Assembly (NCBI GenBank): GCA_012026785.1
Contig: VEOW01000115.1
Coordinates: 3,495-67,494 of the forward strand
Length of the DNA: 64,000 bases
Reading direction: 5' to 3'
DNA from: Chloroflexota bacterium
Lineage (GTDB): Bacteria; Chloroflexota; Limnocylindria; Limnocylindrales; CSP1-4
Every line of letters begins with the position of its first letter. Within the stretch, counting starts at the first letter, position 1. The translations under genes were made by a program, and so were the position numbers. This document shows, in pieces, positions 9,496-19,188 of this stretch. Below the pieces are notes generated by a model. It saw only the letters and a program-made list of their open reading frames with translations, was not told where the DNA came from and did not search any database.

Positions 9496-11067
9496 ATGCA
9501 GGGTCGCGTGGAGAATCGGCGAGGCGAGGGCCGTCGCGAGCGTCGTGAGCGCCGCGCGGCGGCGGGGGTTCCCCGGCTGCCGTGGCGCCGGATCGTCAAC
9601 CCGTTCCCGCCGCTCGAGATCCTGAGCGTCGATCAGCTCGAGACGATCCACCAGGCGGGGCTCCGGATCCTGCGCGACATGGGCGTTGAGGTTCTCGGCG
9701 GGCGCGCTATCGATCACTTCGAGCGAGCCGGGGCGAGCGTCGAGCGAGAGGGCGACGTCGCCGGCCGCGGGGCGGCCGGGCTGGTCCGACTCGAGCCCGC
9801 CCACGTGGAGGAGCTGGTCGCCAGGGCGCCGTCGCGCTTCGAGCTGTTCGCCCGCAACCCCGATCGAAACCTCGTCTTCGGCGATCGCCACCTCGTCTTC
9901 GGAGCCGTCGGCGGCCCGGCCTTCGTGACCGACATCGACCGTGGCCGGCGGGCCGGCAACTTCGAGGATTTCGAAGCCTACGTCCGCCTGATCGGCGCGC
10001 TCGACGTCATTCACCAGGAGGCCGGCGGACCGCTCGAGCCGACCGACCTGCCGGTCGAGACGCGGCACCTCGACATGTACCGGACGCTGGCCACGACGCT
10101 CGACAAGACGTGGCAGTGCCTGGCCTACGGGCGCGAGACCGTGGACGATGCGATCGAGATCGCCTGCCTGGCGCGCGGGGTCAACCGCGAGCAGCTGGTG
10201 CGCGAGCCGAGCCTGATGACGATCGTGAACACCAACTCGCCGCTGCGCCTCGATGGCCCGATGTCCGAGGGGCTGATCGAGATGGCGACCTGGGGCCAGC
10301 CGGTCGTCGTGACCCCGTTCACGATCTCCGGCGCGATGGCGCCCGCCACGCTCGCCGGCGCCCTCGCCGAGCAGCACGCCGAGGCGCTGTTCGTCGTCGC
10401 CCTCGCCGAGATCGTCCGACCCGGGACGCCGATGATCTACGGCGGCTTCACCTCGAACGTCGACATGCGGACCGGCTCGCCGGCCTTCGGCACGCCCGAG
10501 TACGTGAAGGCGCAGCTCGCCAGCGGCCAGCTGGCCCGGCGGGTCGGGCTGCCGTTGCGCTCGTCGAACGTCACCGGCTCGGCGGTCGTCGATGCCCAGG
10601 CGGCGTACGAGAGCGAGATGTCGATCTGGGGGGCGATGCTGGCCGGCGCAAACCTGCTGTACCAGGGCGCGGGCTGGCTGGAAGGCGGCCTCACCGCGTC
10701 GTTCGAGAAGCTGATCCTCGACGCGGAGCTGCTCCAGCAGATGGCGCTGGTGCTCGAGCCGATCGCGGTCTCGGACGACGAGCTGGGGCTCGATGCGATC
10801 GCCGAGGTCGGCCCCGGCGGCCACTTCTTCGGGGCGGCCCACACGCTGGCGAGGTTCGAGACGGCCTTCTACCAGCCGATGCTCTCGGACTGGCGGAACT
10901 TCGAGACGTGGCGCGACGACGGCGCTCGGACTGCGACCGAGCGGGCGAACGCCATCTGGAAGCGACTCCTGGCCGAGTTCGAGCCGCCGCCGCTCGATCC
11001 GGGCACCGCCGAGGCCATCGACGCCTTCGTCGAGCGTCGGAAGCGCGAGATCGTGCCCGGCGGGTAA
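9496..11067 (+). CDS. Trimethylamine methyltransferase (MttB) superfamily, non-pyrrolysine (MtgB-like)
   Basis: NTNSPLRLD, GAMAPATLAGA, NVDMRTGSPAFGTPE, DAQAAYES, GWLEGGL, VGPGGHF; no in-frame TAG. Confidence 0.92.
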   Translation: MQGRVENRRGEGRRERRERRAAAGVPRLPWRRIVNPFPPLEILSVDQLETIHQAGLRILRDMGVEVLGGRAIDHFERAGASVEREGDVAGRGAAGLVRLEPAHVEELVARAPSRFELFARNPDRNLVFGDRHLVFGAVGGPAFVTDIDRGRRAGNFEDFEAYVRLIGALDVIHQEAGGPLEPTDLPVETRHLDMYRTLATTLDKTWQCLAYGRETVDDAIEIACLARGVNREQLVREPSLMTIVNTNSPLRLDGPMSEGLIEMATWGQPVVVTPFTISGAMAPATLAGALAEQHAEALFVVALAEIVRPGTPMIYGGFTSNVDMRTGSPAFGTPEYVKAQLASGQLARRVGLPLRSSNVTGSAVVDAQAAYESEMSIWGAMLAGANLLYQGAGWLEGGLTASFEKLILDAELLQQMALVLEPIAVSDDELGLDAIAEVGPGGHFFGAAHTLARFETAFYQPMLSDWRNFETWRDDGARTATERANAIWKRLLAEFEPPPLDPGTAEAIDAFVERRKREIVPGG

Positions 11068-11083
11068 TAGGCCGGGTGCGCGG

Positions 11084-11521
11084 TCACGCCTGGCGGCCGC
11101 TCGAGTCGGGGAGCGCGACGACTTCGACGCCGAGCGCGGCGGCAACCGCGGCGAGCCCGCGATCCGACGTGGCCAGGTCGGCGCCCAGCGCGACCGCGGT
11201 TGCGAGGCAGACCGCGTCCGCCCGCGAGATCGGGGCGCGCTCGCGATGGTAGTGACCGGCCCGGATCGAGGCCGCAGTTCGGGCGATGGACAGCCAGACA
11301 GGCTGGACTTCCAGGCCGGACGCGAGCAGCCAATCGATCCGATCTCGCACGTCCTGCTCATGGCGACCGCCGATGCGGATCATGTTCTCCATGGCCTCGG
11401 CGAGGTTGACGGCCGAGATCGACGGCGGCGGGCGCCGCCGGAGGATCGCCTCGACCTCGGGCCGACCGGGCTCGCCGGCCAGGAACGCGATCAGCGCGGA
11501 CGCGTCGAGAACGGTCGTCGC
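11084..11521 (-). CDS. vapC: VapC-family PIN-domain toxin; expected GTG start reads GCG
   Basis: TTVLDASALIA, SAVNLAE, ISRADAVCLA, LATSD. Confidence 0.8.
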   Translation of the reverse strand, partial: ATTVLDASALIAFLAGEPGRPEVEAILRRRPPPSISAVNLAEAMENMIRIGGRHEQDVRDRIDWLLASGLEVQPVWLSIARTAASIRAGHYHRERAPISRADAVCLATAVALGADLATSDRGLAAVAAALGVEVVALPDSSGRQA

Positions 11522-11757
11522 AGCTTCCTCGCTTCGATCTCTTCCTCTTCCTCGCGCGCGATGCGTCGCATCTCGCCGCTCGTCGGGCCGGGCCCGGCAA
11601 GCGAGCCGGCCGCGGCGCCGATCGGGTCGTCTGGCAGCGGGCGGATTCTCAGCATGCTGCCCTCGTCGTCGAGGATGACGTTGCGCGTACCCCACCGCCG
11701 CCGGACCTCGGCCGGAACCTGGATCTGGCCGCCCTGTGAGATCTTCGTGATTCTCAT
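11491..11757 (-). CDS. AbrB/MazE/SpoVT-family antitoxin
   Basis: MRITKISQGGQIQVPAEVRRRWG; directly upstream of the PIN gene. Confidence 0.85.
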   Translation of the reverse strand: MRITKISQGGQIQVPAEVRRRWGTRNVILDDEGSMLRIRPLPDDPIGAAAGSLAGPGPTSGEMRRIAREEEEEIEARKLRRPFSTRPR

Positions 11758-11780
11758 GAGACTATCCTAGGTTTCATGAG
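11753..11780. promoter_or_regulatory. Probable vapBC autoregulatory operator
   Basis: Inverted repeat CTCATGAGAC-N8-GTTTCATGAG spans the -10 (TAGGAT, minus strand) and the start codon. Confidence 0.6.
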
Positions 11781-11788
11781 CATGTCGG

Positions 11789-12829
11789 TCAACCGTTCGC
11801 AATGCCAGCGGCCGCCGTCGCCAGCGGTTCCTTCTCGGCGAGCCAGCACGCGGCAGATTGGCCACCGCCGACGTCGAAGAGTGGCGGCGGCTCGACCCGG
11901 CAGCGGTCGAAGGCCAGCGGGCAGCGGGTGTGGAACCGGCAGCCGGGCGGGATGGCGGCTGCGTCGGGCGTCTCGCCGCTGAGGACGACGCGCTTCGCGC
12001 GCTCCTCGGCCGTCATCGGCTCGGGCGACGGCGACACGGACACCTGCGCCTGGGTGTACGGATGGCGCGGCGCGGAGATGACTCGTGCGGCTGGACCGAT
12101 CTCCATGATCGCCCCGAGGTACATGACCGCGATGCGATCGGCGATCACCCATGCCAGCGACAGGTCGTGGGTGATGAACAGGTACGTCAGGCCGCGCTCC
12201 TTGCGAAGGTCCAGCATGAGGTGCAGCAGCTCGGTTCGAATCGAGACGTCCAGCATGCTGCCCGGCTCGTCGGCGACCACGAGCTCCGGCCCCAGCACGA
12301 GCGCGCCGGCGATGACCGCCCGCTGGCGCTGGCCGCCCGAAAGCTCGTGGGGATAGCGAGCCGCGAACTGGTCGGCCGGCCGCAGGCCAGCCGCGTCGAT
12401 CGCCTCGAGGACCCGCCGCTCGCGCTCGGCCGGCGTCCCGGCGAGGCCGTTGACCTGGAGCGGCTCGGCCACGAACTCGCGGATCGACTGCTTCGGGTCG
12501 AGCGTCTCGTACGGGTCCTGGAAGATGAGCTGGACGCGCCGCCGATAGCCGCGCAGGTGACGCTGGCCCCAGAGGTCCGAGACGTCCGCCCCGTCGAATT
12601 CGATGCGGCCACCGGTCTGGCGGGTGAGCTTGACGATGACCCGGCCGGTCGTCGTCTTGCCGGAGCCGGATTCACCGACCAGCCCGAGGACCTCGCCGCT
12701 GTCGATCGCCAGGTCGATCCCGTCGACGGCGCGGACGACCCCACCCGAGCGACCGAGGGCGATCTCGACCAGGCCACGCCGGATCGGGAAGTGGACCTGG
12801 AGGTTCGTCAGCCGGAGCAGCTCGGTCAC
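11789..12829 (-). CDS. Oligopeptide ABC transporter ATP-binding protein (OppF/DppF-like)
   Basis: [27 protein letters not shown]-terminal GCRFHTRC. Confidence 0.93.
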   Translation of the reverse strand: MTELLRLTNLQVHFPIRRGLVEIALGRSGGVVRAVDGIDLAIDSGEVLGLVGESGSGKTTTGRVIVKLTRQTGGRIEFDGADVSDLWGQRHLRGYRRRVQLIFQDPYETLDPKQSIREFVAEPLQVNGLAGTPAERERRVLEAIDAAGLRPADQFAARYPHELSGGQRQRAVIAGALVLGPELVVADEPGSMLDVSIRTELLHLMLDLRKERGLTYLFITHDLSLAWVIADRIAVMYLGAIMEIGPAARVISAPRHPYTQAQVSVSPSPEPMTAEERAKRVVLSGETPDAAAIPPGCRFHTRCPLAFDRCRVEPPPLFDVGGGQSAACWLAEKEPLATAAAGIANG

Positions 12830-12839
12830 CAGCGATCCC

Positions 12840-13925
12840 TCACGCCGCATCCTCGCCCGCGGCCGTCGGCGTCGCCGGCGACGCCCCACTGACCTCGTCC
12901 GACGACGGAAACAGATGGCAGGCGACCCGGACCCCGTCATCGAAGCGGACTTCGGGGGGATCGACCTCCGAGCAGACCGGCATCACGAACGGACAGCGCG
13001 GGGCGAACCGGCAGCCGGTCGGTGGATCGAGCAGGTCGGGCGGCTGGCCCGGGATGACCTCGAGCGTCCGGCGGTCGGCGTGGATGTTCGGAAAGGCGCC
13101 GAGCAGCTTGCGGGTGTAGGGATGGCGCGGCTCCCGGAAGACCCGTTCGACGGGCCCCTCCTCGGCGACCTTGCCGGCATACATGATCAGCACCCGGTCG
13201 CACGTCTCGGCGATGACCGAGAGGTCGTGGGTGATCAGGATCAACGACAGGCCGAGGTCACGCCGCAGCTGCTCGAGGAGCAGCAGGATCTGGGCCTGGA
13301 CCATGACGTCGAGCGCGGTCGTCGGTTCGTCGCCGATGACGATCGCCGGGTCGCAGGCCAGGGCCATCGCGATCATCGCCCGCTGGCGCATCCCTCCGGA
13401 GAGCTCGTGGGGGTAGGCGCCGAGGCGCTTGCGCGGGATGCCGACGAGGTCCAGCAGCTCGGCGGCTCGCCGCTTGGCGGCGGTGTCGCTCTGGCCGAGC
13501 CGGTGCCGGATCGGCTCGGCGATCTGGTCGGCCACGCGGATGACGGGATTGAGGGCGTTCATCGCGCCCTGGAAGACGATGCTGATCTCGCGCCAGCGGT
13601 AGCGCTGCATGGCCCGCTCCGACTTGGGCACGAGATCGATCCCGAACAGCTCGACGCTGCCGCCGCGGATCCGGCCGTTCGAGGGCAGCAAGCGAACGAG
13701 CGACAGCGCGGTCGTCGTCTTGCCGCAGCCGGATTCGCCGGCCAGGCCAAGGGCCTCGCCGTCGGCCAGCGAGAAAGACACGCCGTCGACCGCGCGGACC
13801 CAGCCGCGCTCCAGCCGGAAGTGCGTCTTCAGGTCGCGGACCTCGAGCAGCGGCGCGGCGGGGTCCGCGAGCTTCGGCAGCGGCCACTGGCGGCGGCCGC
13901 GGATCTCGTCGGGCGTCTGGGTCAT
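12840..13925 (-). CDS. Oligopeptide ABC transporter ATP-binding protein (OppD/DppD-like)
   Basis: GESGCGKTT, ELSGGMRQR, DEPTTALDV, GCRFAPRC. Confidence 0.93.
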   Translation of the reverse strand: MTQTPDEIRGRRQWPLPKLADPAAPLLEVRDLKTHFRLERGWVRAVDGVSFSLADGEALGLAGESGCGKTTTALSLVRLLPSNGRIRGGSVELFGIDLVPKSERAMQRYRWREISIVFQGAMNALNPVIRVADQIAEPIRHRLGQSDTAAKRRAAELLDLVGIPRKRLGAYPHELSGGMRQRAMIAMALACDPAIVIGDEPTTALDVMVQAQILLLLEQLRRDLGLSLILITHDLSVIAETCDRVLIMYAGKVAEEGPVERVFREPRHPYTRKLLGAFPNIHADRRTLEVIPGQPPDLLDPPTGCRFAPRCPFVMPVCSEVDPPEVRFDDGVRVACHLFPSSDEVSGASPATPTAAGEDAA

Positions 13926-14866
13926 CGGCGGCCCTGCAGCTTCGGATTCAGGATGTCGTCGAGAGCGTTGCCGAGGAGCGTGAAAGCGAACACGACGAGC
14001 ACGACCGCGGTGCCGGCAGGGACGAAGTACCACCACGCGCCGAGGCCCGGCGCGCCGGTGCTCCGGGCGGCTTCCAGCAGCTGGCCCCACGACGGCTGGA
14101 ACGGGTCGCCGAGGCCAACGAACGACAGCGTCGTCTCGGTCAGGATCGCCCCTGCGAAGGTCAGGACGGCGTTGGCCACGATGAGGTTCACGACGTTCGG
14201 GAGGATGTGGCGGCGCATGATGTGGCCGCTCGAGGCGCCGATCACGCGCGCCCGGTCGACGAACGCCCGCTCCTTGAGGGACAGCGTCTGGGCGCGGATG
14301 ATCCGGGCCGCCGACGACCAGCTGGTGATACCGATGACGACCACGATCACCAGCAGGCTGAGGCGGATGCCGAAGAGCTCGCGGCTGCCGGTGCCCAGGG
14401 CGTCGCGGATGATCGCGGTCAGGATGATCGCCAGGACGAAGGTTGGCAGGACGAGGAAGAAGTCGGCGACCCGCATCAGGACCGCGTCGAAGCGCCCGCC
14501 GACGTAGCCGCTGACGATGCCCAGGACCGCCCCGATGGCGACCGTGATGAACGTCGCCAGCAGCCCGATGACCATCGAGATCCGGGTCGCGTGGACGGTC
14601 AGGTTGAGGATCGAGCGGCCCAGCTGGTCGGTCCCGAACGGGAACTCGGTCGACGGCGGGGCGAGCCGCGGCCCCGTCGCGGTCACCGCGGTCTGGAGCG
14701 GGCCGACGAGGACGTCCGGCAGGATCGCTAGGATCGTGAAGACGGCCAGGATGCCGATCCCGAAAGCGCCGTTCGGGCGTCGCAGGATCTCGCGCAGGAA
14801 TGCCCCCCGCCGACGGCCGACCGGGCGGAGCGAGGTGTCGCTGACCGGTAGGGCAGGGGCGGTCAC
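13922..14866 (-). CDS. Oligopeptide ABC permease (OppC-like)
   Basis: FGTDQLGR, EAA-type loop FVDRARVIGAS, RHILPN, PSWG. Confidence 0.92.
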   Translation of the reverse strand: MTAPALPVSDTSLRPVGRRRGAFLREILRRPNGAFGIGILAVFTILAILPDVLVGPLQTAVTATGPRLAPPSTEFPFGTDQLGRSILNLTVHATRISMVIGLLATFITVAIGAVLGIVSGYVGGRFDAVLMRVADFFLVLPTFVLAIILTAIIRDALGTGSRELFGIRLSLLVIVVVIGITSWSSAARIIRAQTLSLKERAFVDRARVIGASSGHIMRRHILPNVVNLIVANAVLTFAGAILTETTLSFVGLGDPFQPSWGQLLEAARSTGAPGLGAWWYFVPAGTAVVLVVFAFTLLGNALDDILNPKLQGRR

Positions 14867-15840
14867 GTTCGAACCCGCGGGTCGAGGATGCCGTAGGTCA
14901 GGTCGGCGACGAGGTTCGCGAGGACCACGCCCACGCTGAGCAGCAGAAACACGCCCTGCAGGACGGGGAAGTCGCGGCTCGACAGGGCGTCGACCGTCAG
15001 CGTGCCGAGCCCTGGCCAGTTGAAGACGACCTCGACCGTGATCGCACCCGCCACGACGTAGCCGAGGTTGATCGCGATGAGCGTCACTGCCGGCAGCAGG
15101 GCGTTGGGGATGGCGTGGGTCCGCAGCACCCGGCCCTCGGTGAGGCCCTTCGCCCGGGCGGTCGTGATGTAGTCCTCGCTGAGCGTCTCGACGATCGACG
15201 AGCGCATCAGGATCGAGTACTGGCCGACGAGGCCGAGTGCCACCGTGGCCAGCGGCAGCGCGAGGTGGAAGCCGATGTCGGCGATCTGGTCGAGGGGTCC
15301 CGAGTACACGCGCCCGACCGTGTCGATCCCGAACGTCGGGAACCATCCCAGGCCGGTCGCGAAGATCAGCAGCAGGGCCATCCCGAGGAGGAAGTACGGC
15401 GTCGAGTACAGGATCAGCGACAGGCCGTTGCCGAGGTGGTCGAGGACGCCCCCTCGTCGCCAGCCCGAGTAGGCGCCGAGCGCCAGGCCGAGGACGATCG
15501 CGATGAGCTCGCCGAGCCCGAACAGCAGCAGCGTCGGCCCGAGCTTCTGCAGGAGTACGTCAGTCACCGGGCGACCACGGGCCCCGTACGAGAAGCCGAG
15601 GTCGCCCTGCGCCGTCGCGGCCAGGTAGGCCACGAACTGGTCCGGGAACAGCGGCTTGTCGAGGCCCCACCGCTCCCGGGTGGCCGCCACGACCTCGCCG
15701 CTCACGTTCGGGATCCGGCCGAGCAGGATGCGCTCCGGTGAGCCGGGCATCATCCGGAACAGCACGAAGTTCAGGATCACGATCAGCAGGATCGTGATCG
15801 CCGCGCTCGCGAGCCGCCGGGCGAGATACCGAAGGCTCAC
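14863..15840 (-). CDS. Oligopeptide ABC permease (OppB-like)
   Basis: GLDKPL, GDLGFS, DYITTARAKGL, VEVVFNWPGLG. Confidence 0.93.
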   Translation of the reverse strand: MSLRYLARRLASAAITILLIVILNFVLFRMMPGSPERILLGRIPNVSGEVVAATRERWGLDKPLFPDQFVAYLAATAQGDLGFSYGARGRPVTDVLLQKLGPTLLLFGLGELIAIVLGLALGAYSGWRRGGVLDHLGNGLSLILYSTPYFLLGMALLLIFATGLGWFPTFGIDTVGRVYSGPLDQIADIGFHLALPLATVALGLVGQYSILMRSSIVETLSEDYITTARAKGLTEGRVLRTHAIPNALLPAVTLIAINLGYVVAGAITVEVVFNWPGLGTLTVDALSSRDFPVLQGVFLLLSVGVVLANLVADLTYGILDPRVRT

Positions 15841-15866
15841 GCGCTACCGCTCGGATGGGGTGGGCT

Positions 15867-15886
15867 GGGGGCGCCGAAGCGCCCCC
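15867..15886 (-). promoter_or_regulatory. Stable hairpin between oppA and oppB (mRNA stabiliser or partial terminator)
   Basis: 8-bp GC stem GGGGGCGC/GCGCCCCC with a TTCG loop on the minus strand. Confidence 0.55.
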
Positions 15887-15889
15887 GCG

Positions 15890-17800
15890 TCACTCTTCTT
15901 CCTCGGCCGGGCGCCGTCGGCGCATCAGCAGGAAGCCGCCGCCGACGACCGCGATGACCACGAGCGCCCCGACGAGCAGGACCGTCGAGTCGACCCCGCC
16001 GCCGGCGCCCGCTGGCGCCGCGCTCGGCGTCGGGCTGGTGCCAGGCGATTCGCCGGCCGTCGGCGCCGCCGTGGGCGGGCCCTCGGTCGGGACGGCGCTG
16101 GCGTCCTGGAGCAGCATGTAGCCGGGGTAGCCGAAGCCGAACAGCGGCACGCCGGTATCGGGCGGCTGGTTGGTCCAGCCGGTGAACTTGTCGGTCCGCA
16201 TCGCGTGCAGCTCGCTGTCGTAGTACAGGACGTGATAGCAGGCTGCGTCGTAGAACAGCTGCTGCATCTCGTCGACGTACTCCTTGCGGGTCGCCTCGTC
16301 GGTTGCCTGCTGCTGGAGCGTGTTCAGCTCGTCATAGCGAGGATCCGAGTAGAAGCAATCGTTGACCGCCTGGGGGATCTGGTCGGTCGTGAACAGCCCC
16401 AGCAGCGAGTTCGGGTCAGGGTCGCCGCCCCAGCCCCACATGTAGAAGTCCCAATCGGCGTTGTACCCGTCGTCGTACTCGGGCCCCGGCAGGAGTTCGA
16501 GGAGGGCGCCCTCCTCGGTCACCGCGGCGTCGACCCCGATGCCGATCTGCTCGAACCAGCCCTGGATGAACTGGGCGTCGGCGGAGTGGTCTTCCGAGTC
16601 CGGCCAGGTCAGCCGCAGGACGATCGGTTTGCCGTCCTTGTCGACCCGGCGTCCGTCGTCACCGCGCGCGTAGCCGGCGGCGTCGAGGCGCCGATTGGCC
16701 TCGGCGAGGTCGAAGGTTCGCGGGTTGTCGGGCTCGACGTGCCAGTCGACGTGGTACGGCGGGACGTGCGTCGTTCCGGGGACCCCGTGGCCGTTCAGAA
16801 CCCGATCCACCAGCGTCTGCCGATCGATGGCGTATCCAAGGGCGTCGCGGAAGGCCTGGTCCTCGAGAGCCGAGGTGGACCCGCCATAGCCGTCCTCGGT
16901 TGCCCGGGTGTTGAACGACAGGTAGGTATAGCCGTTGGCGTAGCCCTCGGCGACACGGATGTTCGGCTCGGTCGCGAGAGCATCGAACTGGTCGGCCCCG
17001 GTGCCTCGGACGTAGTCGAGCTCGCCCGACCGCAGCGCCTGGACCATGGTGTCCACGCTCTCGAACGTCTGGAAGACGATCTGGTCGGGGACGCCGGGCG
17101 TCCCCCAGTAGTTGGGATTGCGCTCCATCCGGATGGACTCGCCGGGGACCCACTCGACGGCGTGGTACGGCCCGGAGCCGACGACCGGCGGCTCGTTGGC
17201 GAAGTAGCCCTCGGCCGTGGCGTCGCTGATCTCCTGCTGGCTGTACTGCGACCAGATGTGCTCGGGCAGGATCGGGACGTAGGCCTGGGTGAGGAGAGTC
17301 GTTGGATATGAGGTGGTGGCGATCAGGTTCCCGGCGTCGTCGCACTCCACGCTCTCGAGCCCGGCACTGGAGAGATACGGCTCGAGATAGCCTGAGCCGA
17401 CGTAGCCGTCGTCGGACGCCAGCACGTCGAGGACGAACTGGTAGGTGTAGCGGGCGTCCTCGCAGGTCGCCGGCTCACCGTCCGACCACTTCATCCCCTC
17501 GCGGATGTGGAAGGTGTGCGTCTTGCTGTCCGCCGACGTCGACCAGCTGTCGGCGAATCCGGGCGCCGGCTCGAGGTTGATGTCGAAGCTCACCAGCAGC
17601 TCGTACTGGATGCTGAACATCTCGTAGTCGGCATACGTGATCGACTGCCAGGGATTGAGCGTCTCGAGCTTCTGGTCGGTCCCGACCCGCAGCACGAGCT
17701 GGTCCTGGGCCTTGGCCCCACCGGCCATGATCAGCGTTGGGGCGAGCAGCAGCATGGCGGCCAGCATGGGCCGCACGCGGCGAGTCAGTGGTGATCGCAT
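15890..17800 (-). CDS. Family 5 ABC substrate-binding protein with C-terminal membrane anchor
   Basis: Signal peptide ending AKA, WSDGEP, VGSGPY, FRDALGYAIDR; Pro/Thr linker, TM helix, RRRR tail; SD GGAGGAGG. Confidence 0.92.
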   Translation of the reverse strand: MRSPLTRRVRPMLAAMLLLAPTLIMAGGAKAQDQLVLRVGTDQKLETLNPWQSITYADYEMFSIQYELLVSFDINLEPAPGFADSWSTSADSKTHTFHIREGMKWSDGEPATCEDARYTYQFVLDVLASDDGYVGSGYLEPYLSSAGLESVECDDAGNLIATTSYPTTLLTQAYVPILPEHIWSQYSQQEISDATAEGYFANEPPVVGSGPYHAVEWVPGESIRMERNPNYWGTPGVPDQIVFQTFESVDTMVQALRSGELDYVRGTGADQFDALATEPNIRVAEGYANGYTYLSFNTRATEDGYGGSTSALEDQAFRDALGYAIDRQTLVDRVLNGHGVPGTTHVPPYHVDWHVEPDNPRTFDLAEANRRLDAAGYARGDDGRRVDKDGKPIVLRLTWPDSEDHSADAQFIQGWFEQIGIGVDAAVTEEGALLELLPGPEYDDGYNADWDFYMWGWGGDPDPNSLLGLFTTDQIPQAVNDCFYSDPRYDELNTLQQQATDEATRKEYVDEMQQLFYDAACYHVLYYDSELHAMRTDKFTGWTNQPPDTGVPLFGFGYPGYMLLQDASAVPTEGPPTAAPTAGESPGTSPTPSAAPAGAGGGVDSTVLLVGALVVIAVVGGGFLLMRRRRPAEEEE

Positions 17801-17912
17801 CGATCCTCCTCCAGGGACGCCGGTGTGGGCGCGAGCCCGCAACACGCGCGTCGCGCGACGGCCGCTAGGTTCGCACGCTCGGGGGTGCGAATGCAACCAG
17901 ATCGCGCCGCCC

Positions 17913-19088
17913 TCAGCGGTCCGCGACGAGATTCGCAGTCGAAGCCGCCCGGAGGATCGGTCGATCGCAGCTGAAGAGGCCTTCGCCGGGCGTTTTCGCG
18001 CGTCTGTCGCCGAGGGCGAGGTCAGCGAGGATCCGGCCGAACAGGGCGGCGAACTTGTAGCCATGGGCCGCCCCGAGCGCGACCACCAGGCCCGGCATGC
18101 CCGGGACGCAATCGAGCACGAAGTCCCGGTCGGGCGTCAGGGTGTAGAGGCAGGTCTTCGTTCGAGTCGGGCCGAGGGCGGTCGGGAGGTGCTGCTCGAG
18201 GAAGCCGGCCACGCGGGCGAGACCGTCGGGGTCCGGTTCGAACGATCGTCCGTCGGCCGTCGTCTCGCGGCCGCCGATGTCCTGGCCGACCTTCGGCCCC
18301 CGGCCGCGGTGCGCCGGGAAGCCGTAGAACGACGGCTCGCCGAGCCAGATCCAGATCGGGAAGCGGTCGGGTTCGAAGGCCGCCCGGTCGGTGGCGTCGA
18401 ACCAGGTGACCTGCTCGCGGGTGACCCGCAGCGGGAGGGCGTGACCGAGTGGACCCAGGAGGTCGTTCGTCCAGGCATCGGTGGCCAGGACGACGGCCCC
18501 GGTTTCGAACCGCCGGCCATCGGCCGTCTCGACCGTCAGCTCCCCAGCGGCCTCCTCGCGGATCCCGGTCACCTTGACCCGTTCGAGGAGCTCGGCCCCG
18601 TGCTCGCGCGCCAGCCGCTGGTGGGCCGGGTTGCCGACGCTCGGATCGGCGATTCCGGCAGCCTCCTGGAGCAGCCCGCGAGTGCCGTCGTCGAGGCGCC
18701 ACTGGGGCCAGCGCCGGGCGATGGCGGCGGTATCCAGCCACTCGAACGCGACGCCCGCGGCGGTCATCGCGGCGGCGTAGTCCTCGATGGCCTCGGGCGC
18801 GTCGGGCGGCGCCAGGTCCAGCCCGCCGGTGATCGTCAGGATGCGGTCGCCGGACGCGGCCTCGACCTCGTGCCACGCCGCGAAGGCATCCTTCGCGAGC
18901 TCCACGTACTCGCGCCGGTGGTACGACAGCCGGATGATCCGCGACTCGTCCTGCGACGCGCCGCGGTCGTGACCGAGCTCGAACTGCTCCAGGCCCAGGA
19001 CGCGGGCTCCGCGCTGGGCCAGGCGGTAGGCCGCGGCGCTCCCGATTCCACCGAGACCGATGACGATTGCGTCATAGCTGGTGCTCAC
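17913..19088 (-). CDS. solA: Monomeric sarcosine oxidase / N-methyltryptophan oxidase family
   Basis: VIGLGGIGS, HDRGAS, SRIIR, covalent-FAD Cys in CLYTLTPDRDF, HGYKFA. Confidence 0.88.
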   Translation of the reverse strand: MSTSYDAIVIGLGGIGSAAAYRLAQRGARVLGLEQFELGHDRGASQDESRIIRLSYHRREYVELAKDAFAAWHEVEAASGDRILTITGGLDLAPPDAPEAIEDYAAAMTAAGVAFEWLDTAAIARRWPQWRLDDGTRGLLQEAAGIADPSVGNPAHQRLAREHGAELLERVKVTGIREEAAGELTVETADGRRFETGAVVLATDAWTNDLLGPLGHALPLRVTREQVTWFDATDRAAFEPDRFPIWIWLGEPSFYGFPAHRGRGPKVGQDIGGRETTADGRSFEPDPDGLARVAGFLEQHLPTALGPTRTKTCLYTLTPDRDFVLDCVPGMPGLVVALGAAHGYKFAALFGRILADLALGDRRAKTPGEGLFSCDRPILRAASTANLVADR

Positions 19089-19188
19089 GCTCCCGACGAT
19101 AGCCGAGCCGCCGTGCCGCTGCGCCCGGCCGTGAGGCCGCTCAGCCGCGTTGTCGGCGAACGACGACACCCCTCCGTAGACTGCGCTC

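Noticed and set aside
9496..11070. Pyrrolysine recoding in MttB
   Set aside because: No in-frame TAG; the gene ends TAA TAG; no pyl genes in the window.
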